Virus record (IMG/VR): IMGVR_UViG_2778261424_000010
Coordinates: 1-41,171 of that record
Reading direction: 5' to 3' (one strand)
DNA length: 41,171 bases
Source of the DNA: a virus
Taxonomy: Duplodnaviria > Heunggongvirae > Uroviricota > Caudoviricetes
The notes below the pieces were generated by a model, which saw only the letters and a list, made by a program, of their open reading frames with translations, made no database searches and had not been told where the DNA came from. Shown here one piece after another: positions 16,821-27,134 of this stretch (the first letter of the stretch is position 1; each line of letters opens with the position of its first letter). Both the position numbers and the translations under genes were made by a program.

Positions 16821-17088
16821 CCCGACAGCAACTATAAACGCGCTGTTATGTGCTTGTGTTGTTATTACTCTGATGTTTTATCGTCGTGGTGATTCGCGGC
16901 ATCGTCCTTGGGTTTCACGTTTAGCCTGGCTGATTACTGTTACATACAGTGCTGTTCCGTTGGCCTATCTCTGTGGGATTTATCCCCATTCCTCATGGCC
17001 CATTATCGTGGCGAATACTATTTTTCTTTCCGTGCTGGTGGCCGTCAGAGGCAACGTTGCACGCCTGGTTGATCATCTGAGGCACTAA
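16807..17088 (+). CDS. Holin-like / lysis-associated membrane protein
   Basis: 93-aa hydrophobic ORF between holin and endolysin. Confidence 0.5.
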   Translation: MELNDPTATINALLCACVVITLMFYRRGDSRHRPWVSRLAWLITVTYSAVPLAYLCGIYPHSSWPIIVANTIFLSVLVAVRGNVARLVDHLRH

Positions 17089-17702
17089 TGAACCAACAAT
17101 TATTTCAAAAGGCGGCTGGTATCAGCGCCGGACTGGCTGTGCGCTGGTTTCAACCAGTAGATGCAGCGATGAAAGAATTCGGCATTACAGCACCCGCGGA
17201 TCAGGCCATGTTCATCGCTCAGGTAGGTCATGAGTCAGGCGGCTTTAGCGCTGTAGTTGAAAATTTGAACTACACACCATCTGCGCTGGTGGCGACCTTC
17301 GGAAAGAGGATCACACAGCAGCAGGCTGATGCGCTTGGCAGAACAACCGAACACGCAGCCCGCCAGGATGCTATCGCCAATCTGGTGTATAGCAACCGCC
17401 TGGGTAACAAAGCGCCCGGCGACGGCTGGAAATATCGCGGCAGAGGGTTAATTCAAATCACTGGCCTCGACAATTATCGCACCTGCGGGGCTGCTCTGAA
17501 GTTAGATTTGGTGACTTCACCTGAACAACTGGAACAGGAACTACAGGCTGCGCGCTCAGCTGCATGGTTCTACACCTCTAAAGGCTGCATGATCTACGGT
17601 GCCGATATTAATCGTGTTACTCGCATCATTAACGGCGGTCTGAACGGTATTGAGGATCGTAAGGTCCGATACAACAAGGCGCGGGCGGCGCTGCTGGTAT
17701 GA
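17088..17702 (+). CDS. Endolysin (GH19 chitinase-like lysozyme)
   Basis: FIAQVGHESGGF and GRGLIQITG motifs typical of GH19 phage endolysins. Confidence 0.8.
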   Translation: MNQQLFQKAAGISAGLAVRWFQPVDAAMKEFGITAPADQAMFIAQVGHESGGFSAVVENLNYTPSALVATFGKRITQQQADALGRTTEHAARQDAIANLVYSNRLGNKAPGDGWKYRGRGLIQITGLDNYRTCGAALKLDLVTSPEQLEQELQAARSAAWFYTSKGCMIYGADINRVTRIINGGLNGIEDRKVRYNKARAALLV

Positions 17703-18091
17703 AGATGAGTTATTGGGCGCTCATTTTAACGTTTATTGCTTGTATTGCTGGTGGTCTTGTCTGGTCAGCGAATCATTACCATGGAAAGTTTCTGGAGGAA
17801 CAGCGGCGCGCTGACGATGCAGAACAGCGCGCTGATTCCTTTGAGACCATCACCGCGAATGTCCTGCGCACCGTAGCAATAACGAACATCATTCTGGAGA
17901 CAAATCAATATGCCAGGCAGCAGATCGCACTGGAGTCACAGAGAACCGAGAACGATATCAAGGCTGCTGTTGCGGATGATGATTGTGCTGTTCGTGTTGT
18001 GCCTGCTGGCGCAGTTAAGCGGCTGCACGAATACGCGAACGGTCTTCGTGCCGGTTCCGGTAGTTCCGTTACCAGCCAGCCTGACGGCTGA
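17699..18091 (+). CDS. Rz-like i-spanin
   Basis: N-terminal TM (YWALILTFIACIAGGLVW) then coiled-coil; follows endolysin. Confidence 0.7.
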   Translation: MKMSYWALILTFIACIAGGLVWSANHYHGKFLEEQRRADDAEQRADSFETITANVLRTVAITNIILETNQYARQQIALESQRTENDIKAAVADDDCAVRVVPAGAVKRLHEYANGLRAGSGSSVTSQPDG

Positions 18092-18254
18092 AACACCCCA
18101 GCCAGATTTACCCGACCCGTTTACGTGGGGAGCAAGTCTTAACCTGAATGTCACGTTGCTGTCAGCGCTGGCGCAGTGCAACAGGGATAAGGCTGATATC
18201 AGGACTTTCGAGAACAACAGGGCAGGACAAACCGATGGCACGATTAAACGTTGA
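17976..18254 (+). CDS. Rz1-like o-spanin (lipoprotein) in +1 frame overlapping Rz
   Basis: Lipobox LLAQLSG|C and Pro-rich mature part; starts inside Rz and extends past its stop. Confidence 0.65.
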   Translation: MMIVLFVLCLLAQLSGCTNTRTVFVPVPVVPLPASLTAETPQPDLPDPFTWGASLNLNVTLLSALAQCNRDKADIRTFENNRAGQTDGTIKR

Positions 18255-18420
18255 AGTTATCCCACCAGACAGCGAGGCGCTGAACGGGATTTTTGCAGAG
18301 ATTGAGCGCAAATATGCGCGTCAGCCGCTGACACCAAAAGTAATTGATGAAATGCAACGCGAAGCGACGCGCCTTGTGCGGCGAATGATAACCACAAAGG
18401 TTACGTTCGTCCGGGACTGA
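18235..18420 (+). CDS. Hypothetical small protein
   Basis: 61-aa ORF from internal ATG (MARLNVEVIPPDS...). Confidence 0.3.
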   Translation: MARLNVEVIPPDSEALNGIFAEIERKYARQPLTPKVIDEMQREATRLVRRMITTKVTFVRD

Positions 18421-18474
18421 CATTACAGAAGCCCTTCACTGAGGGGCTTCGATAATGGAGCACTGGAATTATTC

Positions 18475-19095
18475 ATGAACAGACCACACCCACCAGCGCA
18501 TTTTACGATGCCATCTGACCCGAAGCCTTACATCAGCATAATGCCCGCCAGTGACGTTGGCCAGTGGCTGAATCAGCACATCCTGAGTGATGAGGGTGAC
18601 CTCTACAACCCTGACCACCAGCATTTGCTTGAAGCGGATCTGTGCTTTCTCTGGGCGTCGAACGCTTTCGAGAAAAAAGGGCGTTCCGTGCTGGGACAGG
18701 CGGAAGAAGTGGCAATGCGGGCTGGAGGCTGGCAGAAAGCGCGGATGGAGCAACAGATGTATGAATGGTTCGGCAGGGTGCCGCAGTTCATCATCACGCT
18801 GGCCGCCGATTACTGTTCGCAATGTTCCGATCTGGAGTTCTGCGCGCTGATAGAGCACGAGCTTTATCACATCTGCCAGGCGACAGATGAATTTGGCGCG
18901 CCGAAGTTCACGCAGGAAGGGCAGCCAAAGCTGAAGCTGCGCGGCCATGACGTGGAAGAGTTTGTGGGCGTGGTTCGCCGTTACGGTGCGAGCCGTGATG
19001 TGCAGGAAATGATTGATGCGGCGAATCAGCCAGCGGAGGTTGCTCATCTCGATATTGCCAGAGCTTGCGGGACGTGCATGCTGCGACTGGCTTAA
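18475..19095 (+). CDS. Putative HExxH zinc metallopeptidase
   Basis: HELYH motif (…ALIEHELYHICQ…); between lysis cassette and terminase. Confidence 0.45.
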   Translation: MNRPHPPAHFTMPSDPKPYISIMPASDVGQWLNQHILSDEGDLYNPDHQHLLEADLCFLWASNAFEKKGRSVLGQAEEVAMRAGGWQKARMEQQMYEWFGRVPQFIITLAADYCSQCSDLEFCALIEHELYHICQATDEFGAPKFTQEGQPKLKLRGHDVEEFVGVVRRYGASRDVQEMIDAANQPAEVAHLDIARACGTCMLRLA

Positions 19096-19125
19096 AACTG
19101 GACTGAATAAGACGAATGGTGATTT

Positions 19126-19599
19126 ATGGCTGCATTAAAACCTGATGTGAAAGCCTTCATCATTCAGTCGCTTGCGTGCTATGACACGCCGACGCAGGTG
19201 GTTGAGGCTGTCCAAAAAGAATTCGGGATCAAGATCACCCGCCAGCAGGCTGAATCTCACGACCCCACGAAGGCCAGCGGTAAGACGCTCGCCAAAAAGT
19301 GGATCGAGATGTTCCACGCTACGCGCGAACGGTTCCTGACCGAAACCAGCGACATTCCGATCGCGAACAAATCCTATCGCCTCCGCGTGCTTGACCGCAT
19401 GGCAACCAAAACCGAGGGGATGAAAAACTTCTCCCTGACGGCGCAGCTGATTGAACAGGCCGCGAAAGAGGTTGGCGACGCTTACACCAATAAGCTGAAG
19501 GTTGAAAGCACTGGCAAGGATGGCGGCCCGATCAAGACCGAGACGACCAACCTCACCGCAGATCAGGCCGCAGAGATTTACCGCAAGATGATGGGGTGA
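19126..19599 (+). CDS. Putative terminase small subunit
   Basis: 157-aa ORF upstream of large terminase; assignment by position. Confidence 0.4.
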   Translation: MAALKPDVKAFIIQSLACYDTPTQVVEAVQKEFGIKITRQQAESHDPTKASGKTLAKKWIEMFHATRERFLTETSDIPIANKSYRLRVLDRMATKTEGMKNFSLTAQLIEQAAKEVGDAYTNKLKVESTGKDGGPIKTETTNLTADQAAEIYRKMMG

Positions 19600-19624
19600 T
19601 AGCCGCATGTTGCGGCTATGGATT

Positions 19625-19837
19625 CTAGGCTTGTTTTGGTCGAGTAATACGGCCAAGAGCTTTAATTGCAGCGACTTTGACGTTGTGATTTAGATCCGAA
19701 GATAAATCAAGTAAGCGATTTACATGAGCTGGCGTTGCTGAAGCACTCTCGCCGAGAGCATAAATTGCAGACAATTTTACTTCGTTGTTAAGGTCGTTGG
19801 TTAATTCCAACAACTTAGCGCTAACTGCTGGTGTCAT
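19625..19837 (-). CDS. Antisense cargo gene: 70-aa protein of two HEAT-like repeats
   Basis: ATG with AGGAGG SD 5 nt upstream; repeats LLELTNDLNNEVKLSAIYALGE and LLDLSSDLNHNVKVAAIKALGRI; AT-rich. Confidence 0.5.
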   Translation of the reverse strand: MTPAVSAKLLELTNDLNNEVKLSAIYALGESASATPAHVNRLLDLSSDLNHNVKVAAIKALGRITRPKQA

Positions 19838-19908
19838 AAAACCTCCTGTAATTGGTACATAAACAATATCAACTTTGTTACGCAAAAACTCAATGCCTGG
19901 AATTGTTT

Positions 19909-21531
19909 ATGCCTCTTCCGTTTGAATTCGATTTCAGAAACCCTGATTACCAGATGGTTTTTGAATGGCGGATGGAGCGCTTACAGCGCATTCGCCAGAA
20001 CCCTGAAATGCTACCAGCGCTAAAGCAGTTTTATCGCACCAACCCGGCACAGTTCATCATCGACTGGGGTATGACTACTGACCCGCGTAACATCGATTAT
20101 GGCCTGCCGGTCACCATCCCTTTTCTGCTGTTCCCGAAACAGGAAGAGTGGATTCACTGGATCATGGAGCGGCGCGAACGACTGGAGAACGGCATCACCG
20201 AAAAGAGCCGCGAAATGGGGCTCAGTTGGACCGCGATCGGGCTGGCCTGCTCGCTTTGTCTCTTCAACAAAGAAATGGTTATCGGTTTCGGCTCCCGTAA
20301 AGAGGAATACGTCGACAGCACCGGTGACCCGAAGGCGCTGTTCTGGAAGGCGCGAAAGTTCGTGGAAACACTGCCCATCGAGTTTCGTGGTTCGTGGGAC
20401 GAGAAGAAGCATGCGCCGTATATGCGCGTTGAGTTTCCAGATACTGGCGCGGTTATCAAAGGCGAGGCTGGCGACAATATCGGACGTGGTGACCGTACCA
20501 CGCTCTACCTAGTGGATGAAGCTGCATTCCTCCAGCGTCCTCTGTTGATTGATGCGGCGCTGTCGCAAACCACCCGTTGCCGTATTGACCTGAGCTCGGT
20601 TAATGGCATGGCGAACCCGTTCGCGCAGAAGCGCCACGGCGGAAAGATACCAGTATTCACGTTCCACTGGCGAGATGACCCGCGCAAGGATGAAGAGTGG
20701 TATCGCAGGGAGTGCGAGAAAATCGACAATCCGGTGGTGGTGGCGCAGGAACTTGACCTGAACTACAGCGCATCTGCGGAAGGCGTCCTGATCCCGTCCG
20801 ACTGGGTACAGGCTGCCGTCGACGCGCATATCAAACTTGGTATTCAGCCAACGGGCAAGCGACTGGGCGCGATGGACGTCGCCGACGAAGGCCGGGACAA
20901 AAATGCCTTTTCGACCCGTCACGGCTTCCTTCTGGAGAACGTGCGTGAATGGTCCGGCGTTGGCAGCGACATTTACCAGTCTGTTGAGAAGGTCTTCGGC
21001 TTTTGCGAACAGGACAACCTCGAAGAGTTTCGCTTCGACGAGGACGGCCTGGGTGCTGGCGTTCGCGGCGATGCGCGCGCCATCAACGAACTGCGTTACG
21101 CAGCGCGCCGACCGTCAATACTCGCCACACCGTTTCGTGGTAGCGGCGCGGTATTTGATCCGGACGATGAAGCGGTGCGCGGGGACAACGGACAGGCCGC
21201 ACGCCTGAACAAGGACTTCTTCGCCAACGCCAAGGCCCAGAGCTGGTGGTGGCTACGCAAGCTTTTCCAGAACACCTATCGCGCCGTGGTTGAGGGCATG
21301 GCCTACAACCCGGACGAAATCATCTCAATCAGCAGCGCCATGGCGAGCAAAGACAAACTCATCATTGAGCTGTCGCAGCCGACCTACTCCATTAATGGCG
21401 TGGGGAAAATCGTTGTTGATAAACAGCCTGATGGCACCAAGTCGCCGAACCTCGCCGACTCGGTGATGATCAGCTACGCGCCAATGAATTCAGCCCTGAA
21501 CATCTGGGAGCTGCTAGGGAGACAGGCCTGA
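19909..21531 (+). CDS. Terminase large subunit
   Basis: about 540-aa ORF with ATPase and nuclease regions (LYLVDEAAF…); ORF track begins at upstream TTG 19852. Confidence 0.85.
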   Translation: MPLPFEFDFRNPDYQMVFEWRMERLQRIRQNPEMLPALKQFYRTNPAQFIIDWGMTTDPRNIDYGLPVTIPFLLFPKQEEWIHWIMERRERLENGITEKSREMGLSWTAIGLACSLCLFNKEMVIGFGSRKEEYVDSTGDPKALFWKARKFVETLPIEFRGSWDEKKHAPYMRVEFPDTGAVIKGEAGDNIGRGDRTTLYLVDEAAFLQRPLLIDAALSQTTRCRIDLSSVNGMANPFAQKRHGGKIPVFTFHWRDDPRKDEEWYRRECEKIDNPVVVAQELDLNYSASAEGVLIPSDWVQAAVDAHIKLGIQPTGKRLGAMDVADEGRDKNAFSTRHGFLLENVREWSGVGSDIYQSVEKVFGFCEQDNLEEFRFDEDGLGAGVRGDARAINELRYAARRPSILATPFRGSGAVFDPDDEAVRGDNGQAARLNKDFFANAKAQSWWWLRKLFQNTYRAVVEGMAYNPDEIISISSAMASKDKLIIELSQPTYSINGVGKIVVDKQPDGTKSPNLADSVMISYAPMNSALNIWELLGRQA

Positions 21532-23000
21532 TGGCACGAAACAAGCAATCCTCTCAGCGAACGGCACAGGCCACCGCTGACGGCTACGAGAACTTCGTCG
21601 CCCGCGTTGGGATGCAGACGCCTAACCAGCATTCAGCATCGACCTACCGGGCGAACTTCACCAGCCGCAACCGCATGCTGGTGGAATGGTCATATCGCGG
21701 TTCGTGGGTTATCGGTGAAGCGGTCGACGCTATCCCGGACGATATGACCCGAAAGGGCATTCGCATCACTTCGGAGATTGACGCCAAAGACCGTGGCACC
21801 CTCGAAGCGCAACTGGATGAGTTGCAGATCTGGGATGCGCTGAACGACGTGCTGAAATGGTCGCGCCTCTACGGCGGCGCGGTCGGCTTCATCATGATCG
21901 AGGGGCAAGCACCAATGACCCCGCTGCGACTCGAAACCATTGGCGAGGGCAAGTTTAAGGGCATTCTCCCGCTCGACCGCTGGATGATTAACCCGGTGCT
22001 GACACGCCGCATTAAAGAGATGGGGCCGGACCTCGGCAAGCCTGAGTTTTACGACGTGGTGACCACCGCAACGGGCATTCCGGCCTGGCGCATCCATCAC
22101 AGCCGCCTGATCCGCTTTGATGGCGTCACGCTGCCATTCCAGCAGAAGATGACCGAAAACGAATGGGGAATGTCGGTTGTAGAGCGTATCTGGGATCGGC
22201 TTACTGCGTTCGATAGCGCTACTGTCGGCGCGGCGCAGCTGGTCTATAAAGCGCATCTGCGTACCTATAGCGTGGAGAAGTTGCGCGAGCTTATCGCGCT
22301 TGGAGGCCCGGCGTTCGAAGCGTTGCTGAAGAACATCGACCTGATCCGCCAGTTCCAGAGCAATGAAGGTATGACGCTCATGGACTCGCGGGATAAGTTC
22401 GAAACCCACCAGTACAGCTTTAGTGGTCTGGATGACATTCTTTCGCAGTTTGCTGAGCAGATCAGCGGTGCCGTTGGTATCCCGCTGGTACGCCTGTTCG
22501 GTCAATCCCCGAAAGGCTTCTCTACTGGTGATGCAGACCTCGCCAACTATTACGACCGGGTGAGCTCATTGCAGGAGCGCCGCTTACGGCTGCCGATGCG
22601 CCGGATACTGGACATTATGCACCGCTCGGAACTCGGAAAGCCGCTGCCGGACGATTTCACGTTTGAGTTTAACCCGCTATGGCAAATGTCAGACGTTGAC
22701 CGATCAACGGTGGCCGTAAACACCACCAACGCGATCAGTACCGCGCTGGGCGACGGATTGATGACGCGTAAGGCGGCGATGACCGACCTGCGCGAAAACT
22801 CTGACGTCACCGGCATCGGGGCATCCATTACCGACGAGGATATCGAGAATGCCGAAGACGAAGCGCCGCCAGGCATCGGCGAACTTGGCGACAAACCGCC
22901 AGAGCCGCCAGGCGGAGATCCGATATCGAACGAGCCTACGGCAGATAGCGCGGGCGGTCGGGGATATCGTAAATGGTCGCTACGATGGTTCAAACGATAG
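21531..23000 (+). CDS. Portal protein
   Basis: 489-aa ORF immediately after TerL; acidic disordered C-terminus. Confidence 0.7.
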   Translation: MARNKQSSQRTAQATADGYENFVARVGMQTPNQHSASTYRANFTSRNRMLVEWSYRGSWVIGEAVDAIPDDMTRKGIRITSEIDAKDRGTLEAQLDELQIWDALNDVLKWSRLYGGAVGFIMIEGQAPMTPLRLETIGEGKFKGILPLDRWMINPVLTRRIKEMGPDLGKPEFYDVVTTATGIPAWRIHHSRLIRFDGVTLPFQQKMTENEWGMSVVERIWDRLTAFDSATVGAAQLVYKAHLRTYSVEKLRELIALGGPAFEALLKNIDLIRQFQSNEGMTLMDSRDKFETHQYSFSGLDDILSQFAEQISGAVGIPLVRLFGQSPKGFSTGDADLANYYDRVSSLQERRLRLPMRRILDIMHRSELGKPLPDDFTFEFNPLWQMSDVDRSTVAVNTTNAISTALGDGLMTRKAAMTDLRENSDVTGIGASITDEDIENAEDEAPPGIGELGDKPPEPPGGDPISNEPTADSAGGRGYRKWSLRWFKR

Positions 23001-23622
23001 CGTCACCGAAATAATGGATGCGCTGGAGCGCTACAGCGAAATCATCACCCCCTGGGCGACTAAGGTTGCTGAGAGCTTCACCGCCGACATTGCGCGCCAG
23101 AATGAAAAGCAGTGGCGTCAGCACAGTCGGAACATCAGCGCAGAACTACGCAACATGGTCGACCGCGCCCCGGTAGGCCAGGTGATGAAATCCATCGTCG
23201 CCGAGCAAATTAAGTACATCAAATCTCTGCCTCTTGAGGCCGCCGATCGGGTGTATGACATTCAGAACAAGGCCATCGAGGCTGTAGTAACTGGTGGCCG
23301 CGCTGAGCCATTCGCGAAAGAGATAGCTGATTCCGGTGACGTGTCACGCTCACGAGCGAACCTTATCGCCCGGACTGAGCTTGGGCGCGCAACCGGTGCA
23401 CTGGATCAGGCGCGTGCGCTGTCAATCGGCTCGAATGGTTATATCTGGCGTACAGCCGAAGATGGCGACGTCCGGCATTCTCATCGAGAGATGGAAGGGA
23501 AGTTTGTCGAATGGGGCCGACCTCCAACGCTTGACGGCATGACCGGTCACGCTGGCGAGCTCCCGAACTGCCGCTGTTACAAAGAAATCGTCTTCCCCAA
23601 CCCTCATTCTTATCTCGCCTGA
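22849..23622 (+). CDS. Head morphogenesis protein (Mu F / SPP1 gp7-like)
   Basis: 257-aa ORF with …ANLIARTELGRA… signature; overlaps portal 3' end by about 150 nt in another frame. Confidence 0.65.
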   Translation: MPKTKRRQASANLATNRQSRQAEIRYRTSLRQIARAVGDIVNGRYDGSNDSVTEIMDALERYSEIITPWATKVAESFTADIARQNEKQWRQHSRNISAELRNMVDRAPVGQVMKSIVAEQIKYIKSLPLEAADRVYDIQNKAIEAVVTGGRAEPFAKEIADSGDVSRSRANLIARTELGRATGALDQARALSIGSNGYIWRTAEDGDVRHSHREMEGKFVEWGRPPTLDGMTGHAGELPNCRCYKEIVFPNPHSYLA

Positions 23623-23636
23623 ATCGCAGGTAAACC

Positions 23637-24869
23637 ATGAAATATTTTTTCAATACCCGGCTGGGGGAAACCCGTTATCAGCTGGCTGACGGCTCGCTAC
23701 TGTGCAAAGACGTGCCGATAGGTCGAACGGGTAAGCAGCTTTACGGCGCTGCCGATCTGCCAAACCTCAAACCCGACAAGCTCGGCGAGATAGTCGTAAC
23801 GCGCTCTCCTGATCAGGTATTCCATCCGGCCACGCTCGCCTCATTCGAAGGGATGAGCATCACGATCCTGCATCCTGAAGATGAAAACGGGAATGTGCGG
23901 CTGGTCAACCCCGAGAACTGGAAAGAGCTTGCGGTCGGGCATCTTCAGAACGTTCGGCGCGGGACTGGTGATCAGTCTGATTTGATGCTGGCTGACCTTA
24001 TCGTCAAAGACGAAAGCGCCATTCAGCTGATCGAAGATGGTCTGCGCGAAGTGTCGTGCGGCTATGACGCTGAGTACGAGCAGACCGAACCCGGAAAAGC
24101 CGAGCAGGTCGATATTACCGGAAACCATGTGGCTCTTGTCCCTAAAGGCAGAGCCGGAAATCGTTGTGCAATTGGAGACAGAGACACAATGGCAAATCAA
24201 AAGAAAAGCTGGTGGACCCGCATGCGCACGGCCATCAAAACGGGTGATGCTGACACCATGAACGAACTGCTGGACTCTGCGCCAGCGGCGGTAACGGGCG
24301 ATGAAGGGGATCTGCCGAGCGGCGTTAACCTCAACATTAATCTTTCACCGCAACAACCATTTCCGGACAAAAAGCCGGAAATGGGCGGAGAGCCAACCGG
24401 CGACGGCGAGGACGATATCAAAACCTTGCTCAAAGCCCTGCTGGCTAAGCTGGAAGGTACTGCAACGGGCGATAACGACGATAAGCCTGACGGCAAAGAT
24501 AACAAAGACCCTACCGGCGACGGTGAGGACGACGAAGAGGAAACCACGATTACCGGTGACGCTGCTTATCGTGCCGAAGTTATCGTTCCGGGTATCGATC
24601 TGAGCCGTAAGGTGAAACCGACCGCGTTCAAACGTGATGTGCTGTCCGCCGCTGACAAAACACTGGTTCGCCAGGTTGTCGGTGATGCAGATATCCGCAA
24701 ATTGCCCAAGCAATCGGTCGATATGGCGTTTAACGCCGTGTCTGAGATTGCCAAAGGGCGAAACACCCGCAGCACCACGGGCGATGCACAACGTCCAAAT
24801 ATGGGCATGACCAGCATCGCTTCCCTGAACAAACAAAACGCCGACTTCTGGTCTAACCGCAAAGGATAA
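23637..24869 (+). CDS. Putative scaffold/prohead protein with acidic linker
   Basis: 410-aa ORF; D/E/G-rich low-complexity middle; position before capsid genes. Confidence 0.45.
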   Translation: MKYFFNTRLGETRYQLADGSLLCKDVPIGRTGKQLYGAADLPNLKPDKLGEIVVTRSPDQVFHPATLASFEGMSITILHPEDENGNVRLVNPENWKELAVGHLQNVRRGTGDQSDLMLADLIVKDESAIQLIEDGLREVSCGYDAEYEQTEPGKAEQVDITGNHVALVPKGRAGNRCAIGDRDTMANQKKSWWTRMRTAIKTGDADTMNELLDSAPAAVTGDEGDLPSGVNLNINLSPQQPFPDKKPEMGGEPTGDGEDDIKTLLKALLAKLEGTATGDNDDKPDGKDNKDPTGDGEDDEEETTITGDAAYRAEVIVPGIDLSRKVKPTAFKRDVLSAADKTLVRQVVGDADIRKLPKQSVDMAFNAVSEIAKGRNTRSTTGDAQRPNMGMTSIASLNKQNADFWSNRKG

Positions 24870-24873
24870 TCCA

Positions 24874-25377
24874 ATGACTGCATATTTGTACCGGATGCCT
24901 GTTGGCATTGCCGGGGCTATCTCTCGCCCGCAGGACTTAACCGTCGAACCGGTGATCCTTAAATCCGCTAACGCCTTCGCTGCCTATGGTCTGGCTGGCA
25001 AATATGACGCTGACGGCTTTTTCGTGCCGCTGGCGGACGGTGACACCGCCGACAAGGTGAAGGGGATCTACGTTCGTCCGTATCCGACCACATCGCAGCC
25101 AGACATGGTTCGCCAGGTGGGGACGGATAAGAACTTCCCGGGTGACGCCATGAAGCGTGGCTACATGACCGTTAATCTCGGCTCTGATTTTGATGCCAGC
25201 ACCATCAAAAAAGGCGACCCGGTATACGTTGTCGTCTCCACTGATGAATCCATCAAAGTGCCGCTGGGCGGCTTCATGTCCACGTCCGTCAGTGGCAAAA
25301 ACGTGGCGCTGACCAACGCCGAATTCACAGGGGCCGGTGACGCTAACGGCAATGCAGAAATCTCCTGGAAGATTTAA
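24874..25377 (+). CDS. Putative head decoration/accessory capsid protein
   Basis: 167-aa ORF immediately upstream of major capsid gene. Confidence 0.4.
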   Translation: MTAYLYRMPVGIAGAISRPQDLTVEPVILKSANAFAAYGLAGKYDADGFFVPLADGDTADKVKGIYVRPYPTTSQPDMVRQVGTDKNFPGDAMKRGYMTVNLGSDFDASTIKKGDPVYVVVSTDESIKVPLGGFMSTSVSGKNVALTNAEFTGAGDANGNAEISWKI

Positions 25378-25388
25378 GGAACAGACGA

Positions 25389-26330
25389 ATGATTACTTTT
25401 GATCAGGCAACCGTTGATAGCTCTGGTGCCTTTCTCATCGGGGAGCTGGAGCGACTCGACCAGACGCTGAACCTGCCGCTGGTGGGTTACACCTGGACCC
25501 GCGATATTCAGCTGCGTGAAGACGTTTCTATCGCAGATGACATTTCCAGCTGGACTAACACCAGTTTTGGCGCTGCTGGTACTGGCGCAAATCCGAACGG
25601 TAAAAACTGGGTAGGCAAAGACTCCACTGCTATTGCTGGCGTGAATGTTGATATCGGCAAAGACGGCAATCCGCTGAACCTCTGGGGCATGGAACTGGGC
25701 TGGACCGTTGTAGAGCTGGCAGCAGCTCAGCAGGTAGGTCGCCCGATTGATACCCAGAAGTACGACGGGATGCAGCTCAAATGGCAGATGGACAACGACG
25801 AGCAGGTTTACATTGGCGATGATGCGCTCGGCCTGAAAGGGCTGGCAAACCTTGTCGGTGTGACGCTGAACAATGCGCCGAAGACCTGGGCGAACTCCAC
25901 CAACGACGAGATTCTCGATAGCGTGAACAGCATTCTGTCGAATGCCTGGGCAGCATCCGGTTATTCCGTCGTGCCTTCTGATCTGCGCATTCCGCCAGAG
26001 CAGTATTCACTGCTGGCGAGCCGTAAGGTTTCCGAAGCGGGTAACCAGTCACTGCTGACCTATCTGGCCGTGAACACTATCGCTTTCCACCAGAACGGCG
26101 TTCCGCTGGAAATCAAAGCGGTTAAATGGCTGAAAGGGCGCGGGGTTGGCGGTAAAGACCGTATGGTCGCCTACACCAACGACAAGAAATATGTGCGCTA
26201 TCCGCTGGTGCCGTTGCAGAGCGTTCCTATCCAGTATCGCGGTCTGTACCAGATTGCGACCTACTACGGCAAGCTCGGTGCGGTTGAGCCAGTGTACAAA
26301 GAAACCCTGTCCTACGTGGACGGTATCTGA
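25389..26330 (+). CDS. Major capsid protein
   Basis: 313-aa ORF in canonical position; strong RBS; size typical of HK97-fold capsid. Confidence 0.65.
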   Translation: MITFDQATVDSSGAFLIGELERLDQTLNLPLVGYTWTRDIQLREDVSIADDISSWTNTSFGAAGTGANPNGKNWVGKDSTAIAGVNVDIGKDGNPLNLWGMELGWTVVELAAAQQVGRPIDTQKYDGMQLKWQMDNDEQVYIGDDALGLKGLANLVGVTLNNAPKTWANSTNDEILDSVNSILSNAWAASGYSVVPSDLRIPPEQYSLLASRKVSEAGNQSLLTYLAVNTIAFHQNGVPLEIKAVKWLKGRGVGGKDRMVAYTNDKKYVRYPLVPLQSVPIQYRGLYQIATYYGKLGAVEPVYKETLSYVDGI

Positions 26331-26371
26331 TAACCAGAACGGCCCCGAAAGGGGCCAGAAGGAAACTGAAA

Positions 26372-26761
26372 ATGGCGAAAGAAAAGCTGGTTACCATCCA
26401 TGTTCACACTCCGTTTACGCTGACGCTCGGCGATCAGTCAAAACAGGAGTTTGGCCGGGGGCGGCATAACGTACCGGAAGAGGTCGCGTCTCACTGGTTC
26501 ACCCAGGCGCACTCTGAGCTTTCCGAAAGCGTGATTAGCGACACCGATGATCTGCAACCCATTATCGACAGCCTGCAAGCGCAGATTGCCGACAAAGATA
26601 AGCAGATTGTCGATAAAGATCAGCTGATTGCCGATCTGAAAGAAGCGCTGCTCAAGCTGCAAGAGCAGAACGACAGCCTGCAAGCGCAGATTGCTGCCGC
26701 CCAGACTGGCGGTAATGGGGCGAAAGATGCCAAAGAATCAAAGCCTGCCAACAGTAAGTGA
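26372..26761 (+). CDS. Hypothetical head-associated protein with coiled-coil
   Basis: 129-aa ORF; repeated QAQIA…DKDQ heptad-like segment. Confidence 0.4.
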   Translation: MAKEKLVTIHVHTPFTLTLGDQSKQEFGRGRHNVPEEVASHWFTQAHSELSESVISDTDDLQPIIDSLQAQIADKDKQIVDKDQLIADLKEALLKLQEQNDSLQAQIAAAQTGGNGAKDAKESKPANSK

Positions 26762-27134
26762 TTTTCGCCGCGACTTCCCGCAGTTTGCTGACCCTGCCAA
26801 ATATCCCGAAGCGCAAATCGAGTTTCGTCTGAATCTGGCCGATGTGCTGCTAAGCGAAAAGGTCACCGGCAAAAAGTTGTTTCCGTATTTTGCCGAGTTG
26901 TTCGTTGCGCACTACATGACGCTTTGGGCGGCAGATAGCCGGGCGATGCTGGTTGGCGGCCCGGGCGGTTCAACCAATGGTGTTCAGTCCTCTAAGTCCG
27001 TTGACAAGGTAAGCGTCAGCTATGACACCAGCGCGACGCTAAACCCTGACGCAGGCTTCTGGAATAACACCCGATATGGCGCTGAATTTTATCAGCTGAT
27101 CACGATGTTTGGTGCGGGCGGTCGCCAGCTATGA
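26727..27134 (+). CDS. Head-tail connector candidate
   Basis: Internal ATG start ([13 protein letters not shown]…); position between capsid and tail genes. Confidence 0.35.
   Translation: MPKNQSLPTVSDFRRDFPQFADPAKYPEAQIEFRLNLADVLLSEKVTGKKLFPYFAELFVAHYMTLWAADSRAMLVGGPGGSTNGVQSSKSVDKVSVSYDTSATLNPDAGFWNNTRYGAEFYQLITMFGAGGRQL

Noticed and set aside
19135-19656. 173-aa minus-strand ORF
   Set aside because: Antisense to the putative small terminase gene with no start signal; shadow ORF.
21690-22505. 271-aa minus-strand ORF
   Set aside because: Entirely antisense within the portal gene; shadow ORF.
24345-24908. 187-aa minus-strand ORF and neighbouring antisense ORFs
   Set aside because: Antisense to the scaffold gene in its low-complexity acidic region; shadow ORFs.
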